Notes under the pieces: model-generated | What the model was told of the DNA's origin: nothing | The model's database searches: none | The model's input: the letters and a program-made list of their open reading frames with translations, nothing else | Translations under genes and position numbers: made by a program | Assembly: GCA_013001285.1 (NCBI GenBank) | Contig: JABDMU010000052.1 | Span: 2,714-66,713, forward strand | Direction of reading: 5' to 3' | Source of the DNA: Flavobacteriaceae bacterium | GTDB taxonomy: Bacteria; Bacteroidota; Bacteroidia; Flavobacteriales; Flavobacteriaceae | DNA length: 64,000 bases | Shown here: piece by piece, positions 38,501-48,400 of the stretch | Layout: each line of letters opens with the position of its first letter | Position numbering within the stretch: position 1 is the first letter of the stretch

Positions 38501-38883
38501 TTTTGATTGATATTAGCTTTTTCAGTTATATCTTCAAAAACCAAATTTCCTTTATTCAGAAAAATCTTATTAGGAACTTGATTGCCGCAAAACACAACAT
38601 CTTTTAAACCATCATTATTTAGATCTTCTACACCAACACCCGAACCATTATAAAAATAATCGTAGTCGAATAAGTTAAATTTCGTAGCAACATCATGGGT
38701 GATTTTATTATTGAAATCAAGTTTGCTCAGTGATGGATCTACCTTTTTGAAATTTTTAAACCCAGTTGATTTAGATTGAATAGATTGTTGAGGTTGAGGT
38801 GTTTGCTCCGTCTTATCTTTACATCCAGAAAGACCCAGCAAAAGAGCAATTAAAAAGTATATAAAGGAAGATTTCAACATCAT
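35545..38883 (-). CDS. CRTAC1/ASPIC-UnbV family lipoprotein with FG-GAP/VCBS repeats
   Basis: Lipobox LSGC. Many DxNxDGxxD FG-GAP/VCBS calcium-type repeats in two blocks. Central UnbV_ASPIC-like segment (RGYLSAVDKTIHFGLGKANTIDTLKVFWPSGKYQ). Confidence 0.8.
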   Translation of the reverse strand: MMLKSSFIYFLIALLLGLSGCKDKTEQTPQPQQSIQSKSTGFKNFKKVDPSLSKLDFNNKITHDVATKFNLFDYDYFYNGSGVGVEDLNNDGLKDVVFCGNQVPNKIFLNKGNLVFEDITEKANINQNKNWSSGITFADVNQDGWMDIYISQGGPHEKSKRKNLLFINQKDLTFTEEGAKYGLDDQGISTQTAFFDYDKDGDLDCIVMNENDYYGTDPSRFFSIFKDKNILKENSSHLYENRNGKFFDVTEKSGLLKATFGLGLCVSDINNDNWPDIYIANDYYVPDMMYINNQDGTFSDQIKTNTSQVEFYGMGLDIADLNNDNLQDIFVLDMAASDHVRSKTLMASMNVPGFNLLTNTLGLQYQYMYNAVQINMGNNKYHNVAQLTGMAKTDWSWAALIFDTDLDANEDVYVTNGYRRYALDNDSRTKIAKARQQYQGRVPLEIKSEIYNSLPSEKLPNILFKNNGNLQFEDVTALSELNEPSFSNGAAYSDLDNDGDLDIIVNNMDSEAFLFQNTAIENNVGNYLKVITNGRTSEDFAKVQISFDNLKKTKESNRVRGYLSAVDKTIHFGLGKANTIDTLKVFWPSGKYQELLNVKANATITLNENEAGLSRKLETESNAKLKPRDQILSFTHVENEFDDFQNEGLLPYKQSTLGPLISKGDVNGDGLQDIYIGGAKGQAGQLFIQSGSGFINLNNPVFTNDAAYEDMEALFIDIENDGDNDLYIVSGGSEFIERSQDLKDRLYINDGKGNFSKAKSSEIDAYTISGKTVAKFDYDRDGDFDIIVGNRIKPQHFPIHEPSIIYQNNNGVFSNVTGEIAPEFEDFGIVNKVVATDFNNDGWQDFIVVGEWTAIGIFINNQGVFENIAAQSDLDMEKGWWFNVTETDVNNDGFKDYLLGNVGKNIKFKVSASKPLRVYADDFDGNGTNDLVLSYKYNDVFVPARGRECSSQQMPFIAEKIPTFNEFANSSLQDIYGEGLNSAYTRDANQFQSLLLVNNGDGTFKKMKLPVMAQSMPILDAAPIDYNNDGFEDLVIVGNIYNTEVETPRLDNSFGLILVSNQKDGYSVVEPKASGFYLNGNAKSVETVNVDGKSYIVVAHNNGTTQVFENQP

Positions 38884-38912
38884 CTATAAGGAATTTGTAA
38901 AGTGTTACAAAA

Positions 38913-38946
38913 ATAAAAAAAACCATCTGATTGATCAGATGGTTTT
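38913..38946 (-). terminator. Strong Rho-independent terminator after lipoprotein gene 38970-39959
   Basis: On the minus strand, the ccatctga-tcaa-tcagatgg stem (extended by flanking A/T pairs) is followed by T8. Confidence 0.75.
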
Positions 38947-38969
38947 CTCTATTTATTATTTATGATAAT

Positions 38970-39959
38970 TTAGTCTGTCCCACCAAAAATAATTGGCCAG
39001 TCTGCATTACCTTCTCTTGTGAGATCTACGGTTCCAATATCACCCCAAGTGTTAACCCACATGATGGTCATTGTTGGGCCATCCACGTTTGTAATGGTAT
39101 AGGTGTAAGAATCTGAATATTGATCGGCACCTTGTGGTAATAATTCTGAACAGAACCATAATATTTGAGCATTTGGGCTTGTTGCTGGAGAATCACCCCA
39201 TACATCTTCAAACATTCCAAATGAAAAATCAGGAGTACCGTATAATCCTTCTATCAATTCATCATCTTCATCAAATTGCTCAGTCCAAGTAATAGTACTA
39301 CTGTATGGTCCAAAGCCTGTTGCCTGTTGTCCACCAGAACCATCTCCAGGGCCCATATCGTAAGACGTGTAGCTAAACGTTTCAGCCAAGCTGGTATCAA
39401 ATGGACATGTTACGTTAGCGTTATAAAAGAACGGCGAATTAAAAAATCCACCCGTAATAATTCCACCAGCGTTATCTACTCCAAATACGCGACCGTCTGT
39501 TAATTCTAATTCTAATCTTATTTGATATTGATCTCCACCCTGAGGTGCATCTGCATCTTGTCCTAATAACGAACGCATCATTGTAATAGGATAGTTTAAC
39601 ATTGCTCTTGGCAATCCAAATGGCCCTTCATAAAATTGATCAGCCGTAATGGTCTCAACAAAAACTTCAGCTATATCAGTATCTATACCATCATCAGTAT
39701 TATCTTTAAATCCGAGAAAAACATTCACTTGTGATAAAAGGGCACCACCTTCAACATCTTGTTCTTCAATTTCAATTGAAAAAGACACAGAATCATCACC
39801 AAGTGGCATATCTGTATTGTTTACGGTAGTTGTTCTTAAAACCGCTCCTGCAGTTACTGAATTTATAACATCATCAACTACTTTGTCATCCGTACTACAA
39901 GAAAACATTAAGGCGATCATACATAGAGAAGAGAGGTAACTAGTAATATTTTTTTTCAT
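38970..39959 (-). CDS. Surface lipoprotein of unknown function, paralog of 42645-43685
   Basis: Lipobox FSCS. About 190 N-terminal residues align with the other copy, including RLELELTDGRVFGVDNAGGIITGGFFNSPF. Confidence 0.7.
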   Translation of the reverse strand: MKKNITSYLSSLCMIALMFSCSTDDKVVDDVINSVTAGAVLRTTTVNNTDMPLGDDSVSFSIEIEEQDVEGGALLSQVNVFLGFKDNTDDGIDTDIAEVFVETITADQFYEGPFGLPRAMLNYPITMMRSLLGQDADAPQGGDQYQIRLELELTDGRVFGVDNAGGIITGGFFNSPFFYNANVTCPFDTSLAETFSYTSYDMGPGDGSGGQQATGFGPYSSTITWTEQFDEDDELIEGLYGTPDFSFGMFEDVWGDSPATSPNAQILWFCSELLPQGADQYSDSYTYTITNVDGPTMTIMWVNTWGDIGTVDLTREGNADWPIIFGGTD

Positions 39960-40103
39960 AATAAAAAATGTGTTTAAGCTAGAGCTAGGCCTTAAGTAAG
40001 GCTTTATCTAAAATCGTATTTGTAATTAGAATTAATGAACCTGTTTTGAATCGCGTAAATATAGTAAAATAATGTTTAACTAAAATCAATAAGATAGAGT
40101 TAT

Positions 40104-40868
40104 TCATAGGGATTCATCAACTTCTAGAAGTTTAATTTTAACATTGCGTAATTCAACTTTCTCTAAATCCTCCAAAGTCAGGTTATTATATAATTTATAA
40201 ATATCCTTAAGTTCGGTAGAATCACCTCGCTTAGGTGCCAAAATATATTGGTCTGCTATTTGAATCGAATCGATCTGGCGCCTATTGATCGCTTTACGAA
40301 ACAAGATGCGTTCACCGGTTAAATCATATTTTTCGGTAAAAAAATCAACCAGAAAAGATTCTGTATTTATATACAAATAAAATTCATTTTCAGGATCGTC
40401 TAATAATGGTTTAAAACTCACATGTAAAGTATGATAATTGGTTTTTCCGATGGTCACATCTTCCAGTTGATCGAGAATTACAGAATTATGATCAAAGACA
40501 AAAGGAATTGAAAAGATGTACACGAATCCTGCTAATTTAGCTTCTATAAATCGTTTTGAGTAAAATGTTTCTTCTTGTTCAATCCCGTTGATAAAATAAG
40601 CTTCTGAACCATTTTTATAAGTGGCCTTGTATTTGGTCGTATCTACTTCTCGTGTCACCTCAAAATTATTGATGATATCCTTTCTATAAATACTATAATT
40701 AAGATCCTTGACATTGAATGTGATGTGGGAATTCAAAAAATACTGTCCTCCCGATCTCTCTATAGATTTTAACAATAGCGCTTTTGGATCTTTATGTGCA
40801 GCATCTGAAGCACATCCCATAGCAAGAATAAGGAGCAGTAATATATAGAAAGTCAACTGTTTAAGCAT
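40104..40868 (-). CDS. Lipoprotein of unknown function
   Basis: Lipobox AMGC. Its start lies 3 nt downstream of the stop of the arylsulfotransferase-like gene (40872). Confidence 0.6.
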   Translation of the reverse strand: MLKQLTFYILLLLILAMGCASDAAHKDPKALLLKSIERSGGQYFLNSHITFNVKDLNYSIYRKDIINNFEVTREVDTTKYKATYKNGSEAYFINGIEQEETFYSKRFIEAKLAGFVYIFSIPFVFDHNSVILDQLEDVTIGKTNYHTLHVSFKPLLDDPENEFYLYINTESFLVDFFTEKYDLTGERILFRKAINRRQIDSIQIADQYILAPKRGDSTELKDIYKLYNNLTLEDLEKVELRNVKIKLLEVDESL

Positions 40869-40871
40869 AGA

Positions 40872-42515
40872 TTATTGTTTTATAATTTTCTTAGTGATCA
40901 CTTTGTTATCTATATGAAGACTGACGAAATAAAGTCCGGATTTTAAGAATGACAGATCAATTGTACTTTCTGGATAATTAAATTCAAGAATGGCACGTCC
41001 ATTTAAATCCTGAATATACAGCTGTTTAACTTCATATTGGAAGGAGTTAATATTGATCAAATCTTCTACTAGGGTAGGGTAAATATCTATAGTAAGATTT
41101 AGATCATATTCATCAATGCCCAGCAAGGTACAATTGTCTTCATTCGGATTGAGTTCTATAACGTTACCAGGAGTTAGATCTTTTCCGATAAATCCTGGGT
41201 AATCGGGCGCATATCTTAAGGCACGAAATACACGAGTTTGTTGAGTTAAAGGATCGACGCCATCGTTAAGGATGCCAGAATTGCCTACAGGACTTTGATA
41301 TTTCCAAACGGTGTTGTTGGCTGAATCCACTTCAAACAATTCACCATTCGGGCCGTGACATATAAGTAAATTTCCATTTGACAATTGTTGTACTCCAGAT
41401 AAAAAAGTCGCGTGAAAATTAGTTGGATCAACAGGATCTACATACTCATAATCAGGCCCTACGGGACCGTAGGCGCCGCCAGAGTATGTATAGGTGTTTG
41501 TATTACTATCATAAGGTGCGGTAATTATTTGAATGCGGGTTCGGTCTGATCCGTTACCATTATTGAAGATCATGATTTTTCCTGCATTGGGTAATCCATC
41601 AGGAATAAACTGAACATCATGTTGACCAAAAAAGACCTGATCTGAACCAGTACCTTGGCCGTAGGATGCTGGATTTCCCCAGCGGTAAATGATATTACCA
41701 CCCATATTACTGTTTCCACCCGTACTTGTTGCGGCTTCAGCAGTAGTGGTCGAATGATCGATAATAATAAACTCGTTCAAATTTCTATTACTGATAATTA
41801 TTTGATCTAGTGCAACTGAATAACTTAAAGCATTTGAGTGCCACCAATCTGCTTCGCCAAAACTTGTTCCAAAATTGATATCAACCAGTTGCGGGTTATC
41901 AGCAACAACACCAAAATTGTTTTTTGTGTTATCGAAATCCTGAATGAGGTGATCCCAAGAATGCCATTCCCAGATGAGATTATAACTGTTGGTACCTACG
42001 GGTTGAATTTCAAGAACGCGTTCTTCGTATAATTCTGCATTGGCTATAGTTGTAGGATCACGTCCTTCTGCAATAGCTTCGGCTTCACTCATTCTGTACG
42101 CAACAAGCATTAAGATATTGCCATTAGGTAGGACAACATAATCATGGTGAAAACTGAAATCGGTATCCGAAAAGGTCAATGCCCAAATTAGATTTCCGTC
42201 CCAATCCAAATGCTCAATCCGACCCGTGTTCCCTGGAATGTCTAATGTGGATTGATTGTCAACTACAGAACGAAAAAGAGATCCGTCTTCCATGAGGTAG
42301 TCTGTACTAAATAATGAAAAAGCACTTTCCCACTGATTGATAATTTCACCACAGTTATTGATAAGATAGGTGTAACGCGGCGATTGGTTCGTTCTAGGGG
42401 AGAACAAGGTATAACCATCTAAACTTTCAGTTGTATTGTCTAATACACCCAATGTATTTTGACCATAAGAAAATGAACACCAGAAAAAGAGAAATGTGAG
42501 TAAAATAAGTTTCAT
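40872..42515 (-). CDS. Arylsulfotransferase (ASST)-like beta-propeller protein with T9SS C-terminal sorting domain
   Basis: HHDYVVLPNGNILML, WEWHSWDHL and WWHSNAL motifs resemble Arylsulfotran_2-type propellers. The last ~70 aa (YPTLVED...LNGRAILE...LKSGLYFVSLHIDNKVITKKIIKQ) match the Por secretion tail pattern. Confidence 0.6.
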   Translation of the reverse strand: MKLILLTFLFFWCSFSYGQNTLGVLDNTTESLDGYTLFSPRTNQSPRYTYLINNCGEIINQWESAFSLFSTDYLMEDGSLFRSVVDNQSTLDIPGNTGRIEHLDWDGNLIWALTFSDTDFSFHHDYVVLPNGNILMLVAYRMSEAEAIAEGRDPTTIANAELYEERVLEIQPVGTNSYNLIWEWHSWDHLIQDFDNTKNNFGVVADNPQLVDINFGTSFGEADWWHSNALSYSVALDQIIISNRNLNEFIIIDHSTTTAEAATSTGGNSNMGGNIIYRWGNPASYGQGTGSDQVFFGQHDVQFIPDGLPNAGKIMIFNNGNGSDRTRIQIITAPYDSNTNTYTYSGGAYGPVGPDYEYVDPVDPTNFHATFLSGVQQLSNGNLLICHGPNGELFEVDSANNTVWKYQSPVGNSGILNDGVDPLTQQTRVFRALRYAPDYPGFIGKDLTPGNVIELNPNEDNCTLLGIDEYDLNLTIDIYPTLVEDLININSFQYEVKQLYIQDLNGRAILEFNYPESTIDLSFLKSGLYFVSLHIDNKVITKKIIKQ

Positions 42516-42593
42516 AAAACTGGAATATAAGTAGTCAAATGTACTCTTTGTTAGAATACGAGAAAAGAAAAGATAAAATTAAATAAAAGGTAT

Positions 42594-42627
42594 AAAAAAA
42601 GCATCCCTTTCGGAATGCTTTTTTTTA
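42594..42627 (-). terminator. Rho-independent terminator after the SusC-SusD-lipoprotein unit
   Basis: On the minus strand, an agcattcc-gaaa-gggatgct stem with a GAAA tetraloop is followed by T7. An A run on the other side makes it bidirectional. Confidence 0.75.
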
Positions 42628-42644
42628 TATAAAGAAATGAATTC

Positions 42645-43685
42645 TTATTGTTTAGTGAACTGGATTCCTGCATCAACTCCACCACCACAATCGGCAGCTT
42701 CATCATCGAAGAAATTCATTTGCCATACCGTATCATCCGTGAAATCGTAGCCACCATTTACAGAAGGCGGGCCTAATGTGATTCCAGGGCCACCACAAGT
42801 TAATCCTGTAGTTTGACCTGTAGGGAATACAACTTCGTTACAAACAAAATCAATAACGTAAGTTCTTGTATTTCCAAAGCCTAAGGCAGCCAAATAATCT
42901 CCGTCAAATGCACGTTGAGTCGATGTTAACGCTTCAACTTCTGCAGGTTGAGTTAAAATACCATCACCATTTTCATCAACAGCTGTTTCAGCGTTGTAGA
43001 ACGTAATGATAACACCACCACCATCTGGATCGAATGTATCGTATCCAAAAATACTTGGTGCGGTTTGCTCACCAAGGTAATCTCCAATGAAGAAATCATT
43101 TTCAACTGGACATACAACTGGTGTCAGGTATTGGAATGGTGAATTAAAGAATCCACCAGTAATAATACCACCAGCATTATCTACAGAAAATACACGGCCA
43201 TCAGTTAAGTTAAGTTCTAAACGCGTCGTGAATACATCACCACCGGCAATGTTATCAGGACCAGCTAAACCAACTGCACTAATAAAATCGGTATATAGAA
43301 TATCAAGTTGATATCTTGGCAATCCGAAAGGACCTTCGAAGAAATCAGATGCTTGAAGTGTCATATAAGAAACTTCACCAGTAGCAGCTGCAGAAGAATC
43401 ACCCTCATCAGGAGATCCGTCTTCAAAAGAAACGTAAATATTCACACTTTCTAATAGATCACCATCTTGATAATCTTGTTCTTCTAATAAAATTGAGAAC
43501 TTTGGTGTTTGACCCATTCCAACTGGAACAGGAATCTCGTTTTCAAAGGTAGTTACACCTCTTAAAACAGCACCGTTTGTAATTCCAGCTAATACATCAT
43601 CTACCACTTTGTCATCTTCACTACAAGACGTAACGGTTAAGAGTATCGCTGATAATAAAAAGGTTAATTTAAATATATTTTTCAT
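42645..43685 (-). CDS. Surface lipoprotein of unknown function (SusE/F position), paralog of 38970-39959
   Basis: Lipobox TSCS. Lies immediately downstream of SusD. Shares an N-terminal domain with the 329-aa paralog. Confidence 0.7.
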   Translation of the reverse strand: MKNIFKLTFLLSAILLTVTSCSEDDKVVDDVLAGITNGAVLRGVTTFENEIPVPVGMGQTPKFSILLEEQDYQDGDLLESVNIYVSFEDGSPDEGDSSAAATGEVSYMTLQASDFFEGPFGLPRYQLDILYTDFISAVGLAGPDNIAGGDVFTTRLELNLTDGRVFSVDNAGGIITGGFFNSPFQYLTPVVCPVENDFFIGDYLGEQTAPSIFGYDTFDPDGGGVIITFYNAETAVDENGDGILTQPAEVEALTSTQRAFDGDYLAALGFGNTRTYVIDFVCNEVVFPTGQTTGLTCGGPGITLGPPSVNGGYDFTDDTVWQMNFFDDEAADCGGGVDAGIQFTKQ

Positions 43686-43699
43686 AATCTCAATAGTTT

Positions 43700-45373
43700 T
43701 TAGTTAGCTGGTGGGAATGCTGGTCCAGCAGGTTTAGTATCCCAAAACACCTGTGTTGCATTATCAGTTCTTTGAAGTACGTTAGGGTTCGCAATTACTT
43801 CACTATTTGGATATAGGAAAGTTCTTGGGAAAACACCAGGATTAGGTTCAAGGTTAGGTTGAACTGTATCTGGATACCCTGTTCTTCTATAAAAGTTATA
43901 TGCATCAGCAGAACCACCAAATATGGCAGTAAAATATTGCTCGGCTAATATATTCCATTGATCATCACTAGATCCACCATTGAAATTAGCTACTACATTT
44001 GAAATGTATGAAGCAACTGCACCAGCAGATGGCTCATAAGAAAGATCGGCAGATCCATCTAACTCTCCAAATGATTGCACTTTTGCAATAGACTTGGTCA
44101 TACCAGATTCTAAATAAGAAGCAGCAGTACCAGGCATACTAGATGCTAAAGCAGCTTCAGCACGCATAAAATCAACATAAGATGATAGATAGATCGGCTC
44201 AATACCGGCTCCACCAGCACCTAGACCAAGACCAACGTTAGAGAACGCGTCGTCGTCAAAACGACCACCTGCAGGATAAACCCCTACAGCAGTTCTTGTA
44301 AAGTTGTCAGGAGGTGTTCCTTCATCATTTCCATGATCTCTACCCCAATATCCATTTTCAAGATAACAGTATGTATATCCAGCATAGTGTGGAGGAGGTG
44401 TTTGAAGAGAACATTGAAGTGTTTCTCCATCTCCGTCAGGATCACAACTAGCACCAGGTGTACAAGGATCTTGTCTGTAGAAATAGTAGCGAGTTCTTGG
44501 GTCACCACTAGTATCCATAAGATTCATCATCCAGTTAGACTGGTAGATATTAGCACCAGAATCAGTATAGTCAGCAGCATAATCTGGGTGACGGTTATCT
44601 GGTTGTAACTCATTAGTTGAATATGAAAATGCAAAATCATCATCAGCATCAGAAATCACATTAGTCGCATTTAAAACAGCAGGATAGTTTCCTAATGTTA
44701 AGTTAGCACGCATTGCGATGGTGTTGTTGATTTTGATCCACTTTGTGATCTCATCACCAGCTTCTGGATGAAATAGATCAGTGATATCACTAGATGGCTT
44801 ATCAGACGAATCTGGATCAACAGCATCTGCGGCAGATAAATTGCCAGCAGCACTAGCCAATACATCTAATGCAGCAGTGTAAACCGATGCATCATCATCT
44901 AACATAGGCGATGGGTATTCAGACGGGTTATTAGCCTCTGTCCAAACAATATCTCCTAAGAAATCCACCAATTGCATCATTAAATGCGCTTGCATGGTTT
45001 TCGCCATTCCTAATTGAAAATTCAAATCGATATTCTCATCAGCATTTAAAGCTTCAAGAACAGCAATATCTGGTAACATTGAGCTATAAAGAGAACCCCA
45101 TGGTCCGTTCATTGTTCCTGAACCATAGTTATCAAAATAATCTCTACCAAACATGTAATCGATACGCGTTAATTCCGCTGAACGATTGTTAAAGGTTGCT
45201 TGAGCACCAATGTAAGCCAATTGAATGTTATTCAAAAGGTTGTTGGCATCCGCTTGCGTTGGGTTCAACGCATTGGGATCAACAAGATTTTCAAGCTCTA
45301 CGGTCTCGCAAGAGTAAAATAAAGTACCCGTTGCTAGAACTGTCATTAATAAATATTTATATATTTTTTTCAT
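43700..45373 (-). CDS. SusD/RagB-family nutrient-binding outer-membrane lipoprotein
   Basis: Lipobox FYSC, helical TPR-like body, and position directly after SusC. The ATG at 45373 is preferred over the ORF-track start at 45406. Confidence 0.85.
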   Translation of the reverse strand: MKKIYKYLLMTVLATGTLFYSCETVELENLVDPNALNPTQADANNLLNNIQLAYIGAQATFNNRSAELTRIDYMFGRDYFDNYGSGTMNGPWGSLYSSMLPDIAVLEALNADENIDLNFQLGMAKTMQAHLMMQLVDFLGDIVWTEANNPSEYPSPMLDDDASVYTAALDVLASAAGNLSAADAVDPDSSDKPSSDITDLFHPEAGDEITKWIKINNTIAMRANLTLGNYPAVLNATNVISDADDDFAFSYSTNELQPDNRHPDYAADYTDSGANIYQSNWMMNLMDTSGDPRTRYYFYRQDPCTPGASCDPDGDGETLQCSLQTPPPHYAGYTYCYLENGYWGRDHGNDEGTPPDNFTRTAVGVYPAGGRFDDDAFSNVGLGLGAGGAGIEPIYLSSYVDFMRAEAALASSMPGTAASYLESGMTKSIAKVQSFGELDGSADLSYEPSAGAVASYISNVVANFNGGSSDDQWNILAEQYFTAIFGGSADAYNFYRRTGYPDTVQPNLEPNPGVFPRTFLYPNSEVIANPNVLQRTDNATQVFWDTKPAGPAFPPAN

Positions 45374-45451
45374 AATATAATGTGTGTTTTTTAGAATAAG
45401 ATGCAACTATATATAAAAGGTTGCGTCTAATATTCATTTTTTTTTAAATTA

Positions 45452-48400
45452 TTAGAACGATGCTTTTATACTTAAACCATATCTCTTAGAACTTGGACCG
45501 TTTAAGTAGTCAAATCCTCTACCATTACCAACACCTACACCAGCTACGTTTGGATCAAAGTTTGCACGATCAGGTGTGTTGTAAGCATCATACCATAAGT
45601 TGAACCCACTTGCTGTAATAGAAAGCGTTCCAAATGGTGTTTTATCTAAGAATTTCTCAGAGAATGAATATCCTAAAGATATCTCTTGTAAACGTACAAC
45701 AGAACCATCATAAACAGTTAATTCTTTTGGACCAAATAATACGTTAGAGAAATAGAACTGAGAGTTGTTTATTTGAGTCTCATTTGGTAATCCAGTACTT
45801 TGCTGAACACCAGGTAAGATAAATGTATTCTTTCTGTCAGTTACAATTAATCCACGACCAAGTAGTGTCGCTACAGTAGCGGAAGATATATCTCCCCCTT
45901 TAGTATGACTAATTTGGAATCCTAAATTAAAGTTCTTGTATGATAAGCTGTTGATGAAGTTCATTACGTAATCAGGATTTGGATTTCCAATGATTGGCGT
46001 AATAGAACGGCCGTCAGGCAATACGATGTTAGACTCGCTTACATAACTACCAGAAGCATTCACTAAGAAGTTTCCGTCAGCATCTCTAGCAATTCTTGTA
46101 CCAACTAATACACCTAACTGCTCACCTTCAATAGCAGCGTTTGCTCCTAATACAGGGTTAGTAGAACCAGCGAATAAAATTTGGTCATCATCTTGTTCAG
46201 TAACAATTTGCTCACTCTTTGTAAAGTTAAGTCTAGAGTTCCAGTTGAAACCGTCTCCGTCATTGTCAAAAATGTCAACACCTAGGTCAACTTCCCAACC
46301 ATCTCCTTCAACTTTACCAATGTTTTCTTGAGTTTGAGTAAATCCAGTTGAAGGTGCTAATGGCTTAAATACAATTAGATCTTCAGTAGTTCTATCGAAA
46401 TAAGAAACACTTACGTTAATTCTATTGTTCCAAGCTCTAGCATCAAATCCAACTTCAAATTCAGAAATAAGCTCTGGCTTCAAGTCAGGGTTTGCTTGGA
46501 AGTTACTCACCGAGTTGGTTACGATACCTCCAGATCCACCTACAAGTCCACCGTTAACCTGTGTACTTTGGTTTACTGTATTCACACTTGGATACCCAGT
46601 TGGGAATCCAGCAGATTGTCCAATACCAGCTCTTATTTTCAAGTAGTTTAGACCGTTATCAGATTTTAAACCATCGAACGCAGCAGTTGGCAAGAATGAA
46701 GCAGAAATACTTGGATAGAATTTGTTGTTATTCTCTGTAGGTAAGTTAGAAACCCAGTCGTTTCTAGCAGAAACCGTTAAGAATGCAAAGTTATCCCAGT
46801 CAAATGATGCTTCACCAAATACACCAACAATGTTTCTTTCAGTTAAACCTTGAATTGGCAATTGATTTTGGAAGTTAAAGTGTCTTAATACACCAAATAC
46901 AATTTGTCCTGTACTTGCAACACCTTGCTGATCGAACACTCTAGAACGGCTAGTTGCACCAGCAGTGAATGTAAGACCTAATTTTTGATCACTTGTAAGA
47001 TCATAGTTACCACCTAAAGACACATAGTGATCCCAGATACGTACGTTATTATCCCAAGTGTTCAAGAATCCAAAAATTGCGTTGTTAAAGTTAACACCAT
47101 TTTTGTTTGAGTGTGCTTGGTTTCTTTCATTATAGAAATCAACACCAGCACGATATGTAAGATTTAAATTATCATTGAAATCATAAGTCAATGAAGCTGT
47201 ACCAAATACACGGTTAGTTAACTGACCGTTTTGTGCATTTTTCACAGACCATCTTGGATTGATGATATCATTACCATTACGATAATAGATACTTCCACCA
47301 TTTTCAGGAATTTCGAAAGGTAAGCCCATTAAATCAACGTTTCTAGGTGTAAAGAATACGTTACCGAAAGTTGACCATCCTAATGTACCGTTACCACGAG
47401 AGGCAGCTACAGGAGGAGAAACAACGTCGTTTCTAGAAAAGTTTAAGGAAGCGTTAATCGTAAACTTGTTTGAAAGTTTAGCACGCCCACCAACTGATAA
47501 TGTGTTTCTTACAATTTTGTTACCTGGAGTAAATCCTTTTTCATCTAAGTGACCATAGTTTACATTGTAAGAAATGTTTCCATCGTTAGAGGCACCTCTA
47601 ATGTTAATAGATGAATTACTTACTCCACCTGATCTAAAGAATTCTCCAACACTGTCATAAGGTCTCCAATCATAACGTTGACCTGCAAACTGTTGTGCCA
47701 AAATACTTGTTCCTGTACTTGGTCCGTTTGGATTCAAGAACGCAGAACTTGCATATGGGTGAAGTACTGTACCATTGGCATCAATTGCACCAGCTGGGTC
47801 ATTTAAATACCCATCAACGCCATCAGCGGCGAAAGCAGGACCCCAGTTAGAGAAGAACCAACCAAAAGATTGGTCAAATCCACCACCGTATTGATTTTGG
47901 TAATCTGGTAATGAAGCCATTTCATTCACAAAGTAAGATTGGCTTACTGTAATTTCAGTCTTTTTTGGACCAGCACTTCCAGCCGCTCCAGATTTTGTAG
48001 TAATTACAATTACACCATTTCTACCTGCAGTACCATATAGAGTAGCCGCTGCAAGACCTTTAAGAACGTTTACACTTTCAATGTTGTTTGGATCTAAATC
48101 CAAAAATCTTGAAGAACCAACGTTACCGTTAAGGAAGTTTCCTTGAGCGTTTGTATCACTACTAAAAGGAACACCATCTACAACGAATAATGCTTGGTTA
48201 CTTCCGTTAATAGAGTTATAACCTCTAATTACAACGTTAGTTGCTGAACCAGAAGTACCACTCTGAGAAGTAATTTGTACACCTGAAGCTTTTCCAGATA
48301 ATACCCTTGCAACATCACCTTCGGTACGTTGCTCGATATCATCAGATGAAACCTCACTTACGGCATAACCAAGAGCTTTTTTCTCTCTCTTAATACCTTG

